NCBI GenBank assembly: GCA_965261735.1
Contig: OZ253470.1
Span: forward strand, 640,001-704,000
Reading direction: 5' to 3'
Source: Alphaproteobacteria bacterium
GTDB taxonomy: Bacteria > Pseudomonadota > Alphaproteobacteria > SHVV01
Length of the DNA: 64,000 nucleotides
Positions 9,743-20,499 of the stretch are shown piece by piece. Position numbers and translations under genes: made by a program. The notes under the pieces were generated by a model. That model was not told the DNA's origin. It made no database searches and worked only from the letters and a program-made list of their open reading frames with translations. Numbering within the stretch: the stretch's first letter is position 1; the number at the start of each line of letters is the position of its first letter.

Positions 9743-10347
9743 GCAGAGCGACTCAGCGACGAAGCATTCGATGGATTTCTGGAAAAGTTGAAAACATTCC
9801 CGATACAGCACTCGCAGCGTCGAAATACGAGGACACCTTATCGGCAGCTGATAAGTGGAGCGACGTGTTCGAACACTTCTTTCCAATGCCCGACGAAGAA
9901 GGTCTTCAAGAAGTCGTTATAGGTTCCGCGCAACTTCCCGTGCCGGCATTCATACCTGAGGTGGACGTTCATGCGGTTGTAAAAGAAAATGCGCACCAAT
10001 ACTGGAAAGGCAGGAACAAAATAGGCCCGATTCCAAAGAATTTCGAGATTAGTTTTCGAATTGCCAATTCCGCGTTGCTCCCCGCTAACTCAACAATCAA
10101 ATGGATGGTCAGAAACGAAGGCGATGAGGCTGAGGCAATCAACGATCTTGGCCACAAGGCGGGAATTATGCTCACTGCCTCCGAACGTTCCGCCTATAGA
10201 GGTACCCACTACATGGACTGTGTTGTCCGTCAATATGGAGTTGTAATTGGAGTGCGTCGAATTCCGGTTTCAATTTCTGCAGCGGCTATGCCGAGGCGCA
10301 ATCCCGCAAGTCATCCTGCTTGGGTTCGACATCGTGGCAAAAAATGA
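9743..10347 (+). pseudogene. C-terminal remnant of a CBASS CD-NTase with AGS-C sensor domain
   Basis: AADKWSDVFEHFFP then KWMVRNEGDEAE...ERSAYRGTHYMDCVV...PVSI, the AGS-C pattern; low GC; 5' end replaced by an IS1380 fragment. Confidence 0.7.
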
Positions 10348-10592
10348 TTCCCACGCCCTGCTACCCTTGCGACGCATTTATGGAACCACCCGTGCCTCAG
10401 TCAGTTTCGTAGTGTCCACTAAACGATGGTGGACATCATCGACCTCTGGACGGCTTTGTCAAGTTAACTGGATTCACTCCGAAATTTGGTAAATTGTTGA
10501 TGGCTGCTCTACGCAATTTCAACGGCTTAGCCTTATGGAGAAATGCCGAAAACAGCCTACAATCATTTAACTTGACAATACCCACCCAGCGC

Positions 10593-10904
10593 CTATTCCT
10601 CACACGGGTAGACATTCGACAGCAGGAGCATGAAGGCCTTGTTGGACGCCTGTTGCTCAGCCACATGCGGGTGCCGCGATATGTAGGCCTTGATGTCCCG
10701 CTGGATTTTCTTTGGATCCACCGGCTCATCGACGCATACGACGGTGTCGACCTTGTAGACATCCCGCGCCGTGCTCTGGTGTCCTTGAATGAACCCCGAG
10801 AAGTATACCGGTGCGGAACTCAGGGCCACGAACTCCCCGATGGTCTGGGCATGGGCTGTGCAAGTCCATGCTACGAAAGCCGCAATCAGAGCAAGAAACT
10901 TCAT
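10593..10904 (-). CDS. Secreted Rap1a/Tai-like T6SS immunity-family protein
   Basis: Signal peptide, YFSGFIQG, central Cys, YISRHP, terminal YPC. Confidence 0.55.
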   Translation of the reverse strand: MKFLALIAAFVAWTCTAHAQTIGEFVALSSAPVYFSGFIQGHQSTARDVYKVDTVVCVDEPVDPKKIQRDIKAYISRHPHVAEQQASNKAFMLLLSNVYPCEE

Positions 10905-11071
10905 ACTTCCCTCCCGGCTGTCTTGAAATAGAGGGCGGCCGTGCTGATCGGGATCCGCCTAGCTATGTTGACCAACGGAATTGGTGCGATTCCGGATGCT
11001 GGTTTTCCGACGCTGCTTAGCGGACCGCAGATATCACGTGTCACCCCTCAGAACATCCCGACAAATCCAGC

Positions 11072-13384
11072 GTGGTGCTGGCGCGCACACGGGCCGAAGT
11101 GCGGGCACTGTCCCACCTGATGCGGGAGCGCCGGTTCGCCGCGCTAACGGATGGGGAACGGCCCGATACGGACCGAGTGACGGTGATCGTAAGCCGGGGC
11201 ACGGAAGACGAGCGAACAACCTCGCCGCTGGAAATCGCGCGCGGCGATTGCTTGCGTATCGGCGCCACCCACTGGGAGAAGCAGCTGTTCAACGGCACCG
11301 TGGTCACGGTCGACGACTTCAAGGTCCAGAGAGGCGAAGCCGGTAAGGAGCCAAGTGTCCTGATATCGGCCCGCACCGAGGATGGGCGGGCCGTATCGTT
11401 CCATCACGACGAGATCCGCGACTGGTACGGCAATATCCGTCTCGATCACGGCTATGCCCTCACTATTACATCCGCCCAGGGGTTGACCGTGGACCGGACG
11501 TTCCTGCTAGCGGATGCAAGGCCCGCTCGTGAAACCATCTATCCCGCGGCGACACGCCATCGCGAGGGGCTCGACATCTACGTTAACCGAGCACCGCTCG
11601 TTCTCGATATCGCCGACAGGCGAGCGGACAACGACCGCGAAGTGGCGGTAACGGACACCGAGATCCGGGCCTATCTGGCCGACCGCAGGTCACGGTCTCA
11701 GCCCAAGGAGGCGGCGCTCGACTACATGGCCGATGGCATATGGCAAGACAGCCGAGAGAATGTCCGGGAGAACAATTCCCTGTCAATTCGAGAAACTCAG
11801 GGAGAACCTCTGGAACCCCGTCCGGCGGCGAACGATAACACGCTGGTCCGCATCGCGCGGGATGTCCGGCGCACCGCCTTCGGCTGGCGTCATGCCCAGG
11901 CGGTCTCCACCTTCGCCGCTGGCCACAGGCAAGTTCTGGCGGCATACGACGATTTGCGCGAGCGCACCCGCACGCAAGGCGATACCGTGGCGCTTGGGCC
12001 TGCTTACCAGGAGACGCTCACCCGTCACTCGGCACTGCTTAAACAGGCCGAGACCTTCCGCGCCCGGCCGGACGACTTCGCCTCCCTGCTGGCAGAACGC
12101 GGCGGCATCGGGCGCAAGGATCTCGACGCCTTCGAGGAACTCCATACACGGGCGCGACGCCACCGGCGCGCGGCCACGATGCGCTACGTGCATCGGATCA
12201 AGCGGGAGGCTGAACAGGGGCCGGAACAGCAACCTGGGCCGGCGTTGCGGCAAGGCGAGCTTCCTCTGGAGGACGATCATACCGCGCTGGACGGGCGTGC
12301 CGAAACGGTGGAGCGGACCGCGACGACAGCGCCATCCCGCAGTCCTGCCGCGACGACGGCCGATGCGGGGGCGCCCGCAACAGACGCGGAAACCGCAAAG
12401 CCCGACTGGCTGGAGCCCTACGAAGCCTTGCGGCGGGATTGGAACAGCCTGATCGAAAGGGTTCAACAAATCGGGGAGCCTATATTCTACGCCAAAGGGT
12501 ATGCGGACATGATGCCGCGCATGCAGGCGCTCGCGGATAACCGGGATATCCCGGCCGAGACACGGGTGCCCATGATCCGGGCGCGCGAAAATCACCAACG
12601 GGATCTCTCGGCGCGCAATTTCGTCGCGGACTATCTTGACGCGGCCGAACGGCACATGGGCAATCACGCCGCCCTTCAAAGCGCGGCGGAGAGCCTCGAT
12701 ATTCCGATCGCCGAGGTACCGGATCATCCGGATTGGAGACAGGAAGCGGACCGCCTGGTGGCGGCGGGTGAGGCTATCCTCTCCGATAAAGAGGCCTACG
12801 GTGTGCATCTCGATCACATCCTGATCGGCGATACACGCCTGAAATGGGCACTCTCCGACCTTCGCGAGGCGATCCGGCGGGACAGCGCCACCATCCGCGA
12901 GAACGCTGTAACAGTAACCCGGGAGCGGCCTTCCCCGGCGCAAACGCCCGAAGAGAGCGCCCGCAAAACCCAAAGCAAGGTCCACGAGTTCCGTCGGCTT
13001 CAGTCGGCCGCCTACCACGCATCGGGGGACGAGCGCAAAGCAGCACGGAAGGCGTTCGACGATTATCGAGAGCGCGAGTCCAAACACTACACCACGTCCG
13101 GGGAAGACCGCCGCCACGACGCCCGCGACATACATGAAGAGACCCAACAACGGCCCTCCTCGCCGCAAACGGACGAGGAGCGCAGGCGCGAAGCCCAAAG
13201 CAAGGCCCACGAGTTCCGCCGGCTTCAATCGGCCGCGTACAACGCAACGGGGGACGAGCGCATAGCGGCACAGAAGGCGTTCGACGACTATCGCGAGCGC
13301 GAGTTCAAAAAGAACGAGAAGCACGAGGAGAAAAAACGCCAGACCCGCAAGAAGTCCAAGGGCCTGAGAATGCGCCTGCAGTAA
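11072..13384 (+). pseudogene. traA: C-terminal part of a TraA-type conjugative relaxase-helicase (relaxase domain missing)
   Basis: LFNGTVVTV, LDHGYALTITSAQGLTVDRT and YPAATRHRE helicase motifs; basic tail KKSKGLRM. Confidence 0.75.
12926..13309 (+). repeat. Two ~159-bp direct repeats (225-bp period) in the TraA tail
   Basis: RPS..QT.EE..R..QSK.HEFRRLQSAAY.A.GDER.AA.KAFDDYRERE occurs twice. Confidence 0.9.
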
Positions 13385-13587
13385 GCCGCGCGGTTGACTG
13401 GGCCGGCGCCCTCTCTCCTCGACCTCATGAGCAATGGCGCGCCCTCACGGCATCGAACGCGGCGAGAGACGCCATTTTGAGTGCCGGATTCTAATCTGGA
13501 GGCTCTCAACCGAACGGCAAACGGCCGATGCGGTGCCTGGTGGAAGGAACGTTCGGATCGGGACAGCCCTCAACACGCCGCACGATC

Positions 13588-13593
13588 TTGACA
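13588..13593 (+). promoter_or_regulatory. Putative -35 (TTGACA) of the umuD promoter, detached by IS1595
   Basis: TTGACA lies 13 bp upstream of the first GTTC of the SOS box once IS1595 is removed. Confidence 0.5.
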
Positions 13594-14342
13594 ACCAGTG
13601 TTGTATGTTCATTTCTTGCCTATCCGGTTAACGCCCATGACCGCTACATGTAGGGTGCCGCCACTCTCCCGAGTAAAGCTCGGCATAGGTTGGAGCAGAG
13701 GTGTCGCCCGCGATGCCGAGCAATGAGCGGAAGGCGTTGAACGGGTAGAACCGCCTGTTGAAGCGGAAGGTGAACTCGTTGAGGTAGGCTTGTAGGTGCT
13801 GGTGGCTAACGCCGTGGTGGATACCGATCAGCCACGTCTTCAGGTTGGCGAAAACCAGATGGATGATCGGCAGGTATTGCTCGGCAACCTCTGGATCACC
13901 ACACTCGGCAACAGCGAAGTGCTCATAGCCGCGCTTCCCGAGGCCAGCATAGCCGCTCCAATCGTCAGTAACGATCAGCGATCGCGGCGCGACGGTGCTC
14001 TCGACGAACCCACAGAGCGACTCGGCGCTACGGTCGAGCACGACGGCGAGCCGAACGCGTCCGGCATAGCGTCCGTCTTTCCGGTTGTCGAGCTTGGTGC
14101 CCGGCTTTCGATGACGCACCTCGATGGCACAGGAGACGGGAACCTTGTGGTGAACACCACGGCCTTCCCCACGCGTTCGCCCGCCAACCCAGGTTTCGTC
14201 CACCTCAACATGGTTCTTGGGCTGTCCACCGATCCTGTCTTGGTTGGGCCGCACCATGCCCGAGCGGAGCTTGTGGAGAATTTGAAAGGCCGTCTCGTAG
14301 CGCGAAAGACCAAGTTGCCGCTGAAACTGCACGGCGGACATG

Positions 14343-15736
14343 GGTTGTGTCTCGAAAGTGGTGGAAATTGGTTTTGGCGCCTCTCCGAGCGGGTTGAGTT
14401 TTGCGGCGGTCAGGCTGCGCGGTCAAGGGTTTCGTCGGCGATTAGCTGATCGAGGGTTTCCCATCCATTGACTTTGCGCATCTGGATTTGGCCGGAAGCG
14501 AGGAGTGCCCAGAGGAGCATCGGCACTGTTTCGGGACACGGCAGCACGGTCTGTGTTTTGATCCGGCGCTTGAACTCCTCGTTGAGACGCTCAATGGCGT
14601 TGGTCGTTCGGGCTGATTTCCATTGGCTCTTGGACAGGCGCGTGAAGGTAAAGAGCTTGTCGCCCGCTTCTGCGAGGCTGTCCGCGACGGCCCTGCATTT
14701 CAGCCGCCACTTGCGGACAAACGCCTTGCGGCGGGTTTCCACCTCGGAGGCAGTGTCAGCATAGATCATATCGCGGTAATCTTCGCTCAGCTCGTCATGC
14801 ATGTGTTTGGGAGCATGACCCAGAAGGTTGCGGTGCTTGTGCACGGTGCAGCGTTGAACGGGAAGGTCATCGCCCCAAAGCGCCGACAGAGCCGCCTCCA
14901 GTCCCGGCGCGCCATCGACGATGACAAACCCGGGCCGTTTCAGTCCACGCGCATCAAGGTCGTCGAGGAACTGGCGCCACGCCGCCTGGCTTTCTCCGCC
15001 CATATTCCCGATCGAAAGCAAGACCTTCTGGCCATCCCGGCGCACCCCTATAGCCGCGAGAACCGAGATGTTGGTGGCCTTGCGGTCCAGTCGGGTCTTG
15101 ATCACAGTGCCGTCAAGGATCAGCCGAACGATATCCTCATCCGCGAGGCCACGGCTGCACCAGGCGTCCCAATCGACCTTCACCTTGCGCCACGCCCGGC
15201 TCACAACGTCCTTGCTCACAGCACCCCGGAAGAGCCCGAACAGCGCGCGTTTCACCCGCCGCGTGTTGGTTCCGGACAGATACACCGAAGCGATCAGCGC
15301 CTCGGCCTTTCTGGTCAGCCGCTGGTAGCGCGGCAGCGCCCGCGAACGCCATTCCGACGCCCGACCGTCTTCCTCAACGATCCGCGCACGCGGCACGCTC
15401 ACCCTCTCGGTCCCGAATGTCCCCGTCAGTTGCCGCTCCCGGTGCCCGTTCCGATACCCTTGCCGAAGCGCGTCCTCTCGACCGTATCGGCAGCGCCCGA
15501 GAAACTGCGCAAGTTCCTCCTCAAAAACGGCCTCGATCGTGGATCTGATGTTCTCCCGCAGCCGGTCCTCGATCGGATCATAGCCGGCGTCATTGGCCAG
15601 TAGCGAAAGCGCGGAAGTCTCGGTAGTGTTCTTCATGGCGTGATCTCCTTGGCGGTGCTAGCCGCCGATTGGGTGGTTGTCTTGTCACCCGGAGATTACG
15701 CCATCCTCAAATTTCCACCACTTTCGAGACACAGCC
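14343..15736 (-). mobile_element. IS256-family element type 1
   Basis: IR GG(T/C)TGTGTCTCGAAAGTGGTGGAAATT; 8-bp TSD CGGACATG (14335-14342, 15737-15744). Confidence 0.95.
14410..15636 (-). CDS. IS256-family (Mutator) transposase
   Basis: YRNGHRER, LILDG, IVDGAPGL, QRCTVHKHRN, TTNAIERLNEEFKRR. Confidence 0.95.
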   Translation of the reverse strand: MKNTTETSALSLLANDAGYDPIEDRLRENIRSTIEAVFEEELAQFLGRCRYGREDALRQGYRNGHRERQLTGTFGTERVSVPRARIVEEDGRASEWRSRALPRYQRLTRKAEALIASVYLSGTNTRRVKRALFGLFRGAVSKDVVSRAWRKVKVDWDAWCSRGLADEDIVRLILDGTVIKTRLDRKATNISVLAAIGVRRDGQKVLLSIGNMGGESQAAWRQFLDDLDARGLKRPGFVIVDGAPGLEAALSALWGDDLPVQRCTVHKHRNLLGHAPKHMHDELSEDYRDMIYADTASEVETRRKAFVRKWRLKCRAVADSLAEAGDKLFTFTRLSKSQWKSARTTNAIERLNEEFKRRIKTQTVLPCPETVPMLLWALLASGQIQMRKVNGWETLDQLIADETLDRAA

Positions 15737-16122
15737 CGGACATGCCGGGCGTCTGACTGGCGACCAGATAAGCGGCCCAGAACCAGACGTTCAGCGGAGT
15801 GTGGCTACGCTCCATCACTGTTCCCACCGTCAGCCCGGTGTTCTTGGCGGCACTTGCGGCAGCGCAGGACGCCAGGGCGGTTTTCAAAGTGGAACGGCTC
15901 TCCCGCCGTGCCGCAGTGCGGGCAGGCAAAGCCGTCTCCCCAGCGGGCTTTCTCCAGGTAGGCGGCGCAGGCCGCATCATCGGGGAAAAGTCGCTGGAAC
16001 TCGGGTAGCGAATGCGGGAATGGGAGATCGGCGCGGTCGAGAACATCCATGGCGCGCTCCCCTATATCCGGGTTGCGCCCATTCTAGCCCTAGTGGGTGT
16101 GGGTGTAAACCGGATAAGCAAG

Positions 16123-16137
16123 GTTCATTTTATGTTC
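16123..16137 (+). promoter_or_regulatory. Alphaproteobacterial LexA (SOS) box
   Basis: GTTC-ATTTTAT-GTTC fits GTTC-N7-GTTC, upstream of the umuD remnant. Confidence 0.75.
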
Positions 16138-16376
16138 GTATAAACACTGAGGGTCGCCTCCTTGCAGCGTTTCACAGATCAGCCCACCGAACTCGCCCTG
16201 CCGCTCTACGGCTCCAGGGTACCCGCCGGATGTATCTGTTCGGCGAAGCTGTGGAATCGGCCGGCCCGCGGGAGAAGTGGGCGATCACAGCCGCCTCGTT
16301 TGTTGAAACAGCGCTCATTCCCTGCCTCCCCCCATTCGGACGTCCACGGTTTGAACGAACGTGTGTGGACGCCCCC

Positions 16377-16628
16377 GTTGATGCAAGCAGTTTTTGGTCG
16401 GCTCGGTGCATGCGGTCAGGTGCTGTCGTGTGTCCGGCCTCTCTATGCGGCAGATGACACGCCGCGGGCCCGTATGGAGATACGCGGATTGGGTCCAAAT
16501 CGGTTACGCGAGCTTGAAAGCTCTCCGTTCGGATGCTGGTTTTCCCAACCCGGTCTCGTTGACCTTTGCCCTTACCTGTCCTCCGTCCTGCCCACATCCC
16601 CGACGGCTTCCCGCACTTCGCCGTTCTC
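16377..16628 (-). ncRNA. Putative bridge RNA/seekRNA of IS1111 element B
   Basis: Same scaffold as 7590-7846 with a compensatory stem change (GGGC/GCCC vs GAGC/GCTC) and different guide segments. Confidence 0.75.
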
Positions 16629-17651
16629 TCAGGCGGTGGCGGGAGCCCGGTAGCTCTCCTTCTTCGTCAGTAGCGCCCAGACGATGCGCGCCATCCTGTT
16701 GGCCAGCGCCACCGCGACGAGCATCCTCGGCTTGCGCGCCAGCATCCCGGCCAGCCAGGGGTCCGTCGTCACGCCGCGCCGAACCGCCCAGCGGACCACA
16801 GTCATCGCGCCTGTGATCAGCAGCCGTCTCAGATCGCGCTGGCCCATCTTCGATATCTTGCCCAGCTTCGGCTTGCCGCCGGTCGTGTGCTGACGCGGCA
16901 CGAGGCCGAGCCAAGCGGAGAAGTCGCGGCCGCGCCGGAAACTCTCCATCGGCGGTGCGAAGGCCTGGATTGCCATCGCGCTGATCGGCCCGATCCCCGG
17001 CACGCTCATCAGGCGCCTCGCCTCCTCATCCTGCCGTGCTCTCACGTGGACCTCCCTCTCCAGGCCCGCAATCTTCGCATCGAGGCCGGCGATCTGCTCA
17101 AGCAGAAGGCCGGCCAGCTCGCGGACCGCTTCCGGCAACCTCGAAGCCGGTCCCCCAAGCGCCGAGGCCAGCCGGCCGACATGAGCCGGCCCCTGCGGGG
17201 CAATGACACCGAACTCCGCCAGATGGCCGCGCAGCGCATTAATCGTCTGGGTGCGCTGGCGCACCAGAAGATCGCGCGTCCGGAACAGCATGCCCCGAGC
17301 CTGCTGTTCCTCCGTCTTCACAGCCACAAAGCGCATGGTCGGCCGCGACGACGCCTCGCAGATCGCCTCCGCATCCGACGCGTCGTTCTTTTGCCGCTTG
17401 ACGTACGCTTTGACGTAGATCGGTGGGACCAGTCGCACCGCATGGCCGAGACTGCCGATCTCCCGGCCCCAATGGTGCGCGCCGCCGCACGCCTCCATCG
17501 CCACCGTGCAGCGTGGCTGCGCAGCCACAAAGTCCAACAGCTTCGCCCGGCTCAGCTTCTTGCGGAACGCAACCGACCCATCCGCCCGCGCACCGTGCAG
17601 CTGAAAGCTGTTCTTCGCCAGATCGATCCCGATCATGTGAACCTGTTCCAT
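16629..17651 (-). CDS. IS110-family DEDD recombinase
   Basis: IGIDLAK, AMEAC, KNDASDAEAI, VPGIG, AWLGLVP; close paralogue of 7847-8875. Confidence 0.95.
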   Translation of the reverse strand: MEQVHMIGIDLAKNSFQLHGARADGSVAFRKKLSRAKLLDFVAAQPRCTVAMEACGGAHHWGREIGSLGHAVRLVPPIYVKAYVKRQKNDASDAEAICEASSRPTMRFVAVKTEEQQARGMLFRTRDLLVRQRTQTINALRGHLAEFGVIAPQGPAHVGRLASALGGPASRLPEAVRELAGLLLEQIAGLDAKIAGLEREVHVRARQDEEARRLMSVPGIGPISAMAIQAFAPPMESFRRGRDFSAWLGLVPRQHTTGGKPKLGKISKMGQRDLRRLLITGAMTVVRWAVRRGVTTDPWLAGMLARKPRMLVAVALANRMARIVWALLTKKESYRAPATA

Positions 17652-17819
17652 GGACGCCCCCTTCCTCGCTTGGCGTTAACAACACCGCCAACCTGGCACA
17701 TCGCGATGCCGTCGGGAGGGGCGTCCACCCCATCGGTTGCCGCCGGATTTCCAAGCCCCGCCGACGACCATATCGAGGGCAAGCTTGATCTCAATCTGCA
17801 TCTGATCCGCCCGCGCCAC

Positions 17820-18062
17820 GTCCGTCGCCGCGAGGCCTGCCGCCCGCTCCGCATCCGCTGCCAGGGATGGATCGAGCAGATCGCGGTGCTCTACCGCCTG
17901 AACGAGGCGCGTCTGGAGCATTACGACCCCGGCCTTGAGCGCCAGACGCCAGCGTTCGATGCGGCGCAGGGCAGGCTGAAGGAGGCGCTCGGCGGCCTGT
18001 TCGCGGAGGCCGAACAGGAGCTCGCCGGCCTGCCCGACCAAGCGCGCGAGGGCAAGGCGCTG
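17820..18062 (+). pseudogene. IS66-like transposase fragment
   Basis: WIEQIAVLYRLNEARL...GKAL resembles the IS66 TnpC mid-region. Confidence 0.5.
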
Positions 18063-19105
18063 CCCGCAACTGTCCGAGTAACGCTGAGGAGGAAATGGCA
18101 TCCGCAAACAATCAGGATGTCACGAAGGTCGCGGACCGACACCGGGAGCGGACCGCGAACCTTACTTCTGGGCAGGACCACGATCAGGCGCGAACGTCCC
18201 CTCGAAGGTGCTTTCGGGAGCGCCCCGACTGCCCTCGACGAGGACGACTGGATCGCGCGCTTTCCGGATGTTGTTCGGCGCGAGGGTTCGACGCTGATCA
18301 GGACGCCAACTTATTGCTTGCCTATCCGGTTAACGCCCATGACCGCTACATGTAGGGTGCCGCCACTCTCCCGAGTAAAGCTCGGCATAGGTTGGAGCAG
18401 AGGTGTCGCCCGCGATGCCGAGCAATGAGCGGAAGGCGTTGAACGGGTAGAACCGCCTGTTGAAGCGGAAGGTGAACTCGTTGAGGTAGGCTTGTAGGTG
18501 CTGGTGGCTAACGCCGTGGTGGATACCGATCAGCCACGTCTTCAGGTTGGCGAAAACCAGATGGATGATCGGCAGGTATTGCTCGGCAACCTCTGGATCA
18601 CCACACTCGGCAACAGCGAAGTGCTCATAGCCGCGCTTACCGAGGCCAGCATAGCCGCTCCAATCGTCAGTAACGATCAGCGATCGCGGCGCGACGGTGC
18701 TCTCGACGAACCCACAGAGCGACTCGGCGCTACGGTCGAGCACGACGGCGAGCCGAACGCGTCCGGCATAGCGTCCGTCTTTCCGGTTGTCGAGCTTGGT
18801 GCCCGGCTTTCGATGACGCACCTCGATGGCACAGGAGACGGGAACCTTGTGGTGAACACCACGGCCTTCCCCACGCGTTCGCCCGCCAACCCAGGTTTCG
18901 TCCACCTCAACATGGTTCTTGGGCTGTCCACCGATCCTGTCTTGGTTGGGCCGCACCATGCCCGAGCGGAGCTTGTGGAGAATTTGAAAGGCCGTCTCGT
19001 AGCGCGAAAGACCAAGTTGCCGCTGAAACTGCACGGCGGACATGCCGGGCGTCTGACTGGCGACCAGATAAGCGGCCCAGAACCAGACGTTCAGCGGAGT
19101 GTGGC

Positions 19106-20499
19106 GGCTGTGTCTCGAAAGTGGTGGAAATTTGAGGATGGCGTAATCTCCGGGTGACAAGACAACCACCCAATCGGCGGCTAGCACCGCCAAGGAGATC
19201 ACGCCATGAAGAACACTACCGAGACTTCCGCGCTTTCGCTACTGGCCAATGACGCCGGCTATGATCCGCTCGAGGACCGGCTGCGGGAGAACATCAGATC
19301 CACGATCGAGGCCGTTTTTGAGGAGGAACTTGCGCAGTTTCTCGGGCGCTGCCGATACGGTCGAGAGGACGCGCTTCGGCAAGGGTATCGGAACGGGCAC
19401 CGGGAGCGGCAACTGACGGGGACATTCGGGACCGAGAGGGTGAGCGTGCCGCGTGCGCGGATCGTTGAGGAAGACGGTCGGGCGTCGGAATGGCGTTCGC
19501 GGGCGCTGCCGCGCTACCAGCGGCTGACCAGAAAGGCCGAGGCGCTGATCGCTTCGGTGTATCTGTCCGGAACCAACACGCGGCGGGTGAAACGCGCGCT
19601 GTTCGGGCTCTTCCGGGGTGCTGTGAGCAAGGACGTTGTGAGCCGGGCGTGGCGCAAGGTGAAGGTCGATTGGGACGCCTGGTGCAGCCGTGGCCTCGCG
19701 GATGAGGATATCGTTCGGCTGATCCTTGACGGCACTGTGATCAAGACCCGACTGGACCGCAAGGCCACCAACATCTCGGTTCTCGCGGCTATAGGGGTGC
19801 GCCGGGATGGCCAGAAGGTCTTGCTTTCGATCGGGAATATGGGCGGAGAAAGCCAGGCGGCGTGGCGCCAGTTCCTCGACGACCTTGATGCGCGTGGACT
19901 GAAACGGCCCGGGTTTGTCATCGTCGATGGCGCGCCGGGACTGGAGGCGGCTCTGTCGGCGCTTTGGGGCGATGACCTTCCCGTTCAACGCTGCACCGTG
20001 CACAAGCACCGCAACCTTCTGGGTCATGCTCCCAAACACATGCATGACGAGCTGAGCGAAGATTACCGCGATATGATCTATGCCGACACTGCCTCCGAGG
20101 TGGAAACCCGCCGCAAGGCGTTTGTCCGCAAGTGGCGGCTGAAATGCAGGGCCGTCGCGGACAGCCTCGCAGAAGCGGGCGACAAGCTCTTTACCTTCAC
20201 GCGCCTGTCCAAGAGCCAATGGAAATCAGCCCGAACGACCAACGCCATTGAGCGTCTCAACGAGGAGTTCAAGCGCCGGATCAAAACACAGACCGTGCTG
20301 CCGTGTCCCGAAACAGTGCCGATGCTCCTCTGGGCACTCCTCGCTTCCGGCCAAATCCAGATGCGCAAAGTCGATGGATGGGAAACCCTCGATCAGCTAA
20401 TCGCCGACGAAACCCTTGACCGCGCAGCCTGACCGCCGCAAAACTCAACCCGCTCGGAGAGGCGCCAAAACCAATTTCCACCACTTTCGAGACACAACC
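19106..20499 (+). mobile_element. IS256-family element type 1, second copy
   Basis: Same IRs as 14343-15736; 9-bp TSD GAGTGTGGC (19097-19105, 20500-20508). Confidence 0.95.
19206..20432 (+). CDS. IS256-family transposase
   Basis: 408 aa, two substitutions relative to 14410-15636. Confidence 0.95.
   Translation: MKNTTETSALSLLANDAGYDPLEDRLRENIRSTIEAVFEEELAQFLGRCRYGREDALRQGYRNGHRERQLTGTFGTERVSVPRARIVEEDGRASEWRSRALPRYQRLTRKAEALIASVYLSGTNTRRVKRALFGLFRGAVSKDVVSRAWRKVKVDWDAWCSRGLADEDIVRLILDGTVIKTRLDRKATNISVLAAIGVRRDGQKVLLSIGNMGGESQAAWRQFLDDLDARGLKRPGFVIVDGAPGLEAALSALWGDDLPVQRCTVHKHRNLLGHAPKHMHDELSEDYRDMIYADTASEVETRRKAFVRKWRLKCRAVADSLAEAGDKLFTFTRLSKSQWKSARTTNAIERLNEEFKRRIKTQTVLPCPETVPMLLWALLASGQIQMRKVDGWETLDQLIADETLDRAA

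Larger units (their letters stand above)
13615..16122 (-). mobile_element. IS1595 copy interrupted by IS256
   Basis: Ends CTTGCCTATCCGGTT and AACCGGATAAGCAAG; 8-bp TSD GTTCATTT (13607-13614, 16123-16130). Confidence 0.95.
16361..17734 (-). mobile_element. IS110-family, IS1111-group element B
   Basis: Sub-terminal IRs TGGACGCCCC (16366) and GGGGCGTCCA (17718-17727); precise removal restores the umuD frame. Confidence 0.93.
16230..17812 (+). pseudogene. umuD: UmuD (S24 peptidase) N-terminal remnant split by IS1111 element B
   Basis: Joining 16360 to 17735 reads RPRFERTVAAGFPSPADDHIEGKLDLNLHLIR; truncated thereafter; start position uncertain. Confidence 0.8.

Noticed and set aside
11783-13324. 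Long antisense ORFs (also 20886-22133, 43383-44891, 56728-58533)
   Set aside because: Shadows of real genes on the opposite strand in GC-rich DNA; no motifs
16887-18428. 513-aa ORF
   Set aside because: Chance read-through of antisense IS110, umuD, IS66 and IS1595 pieces
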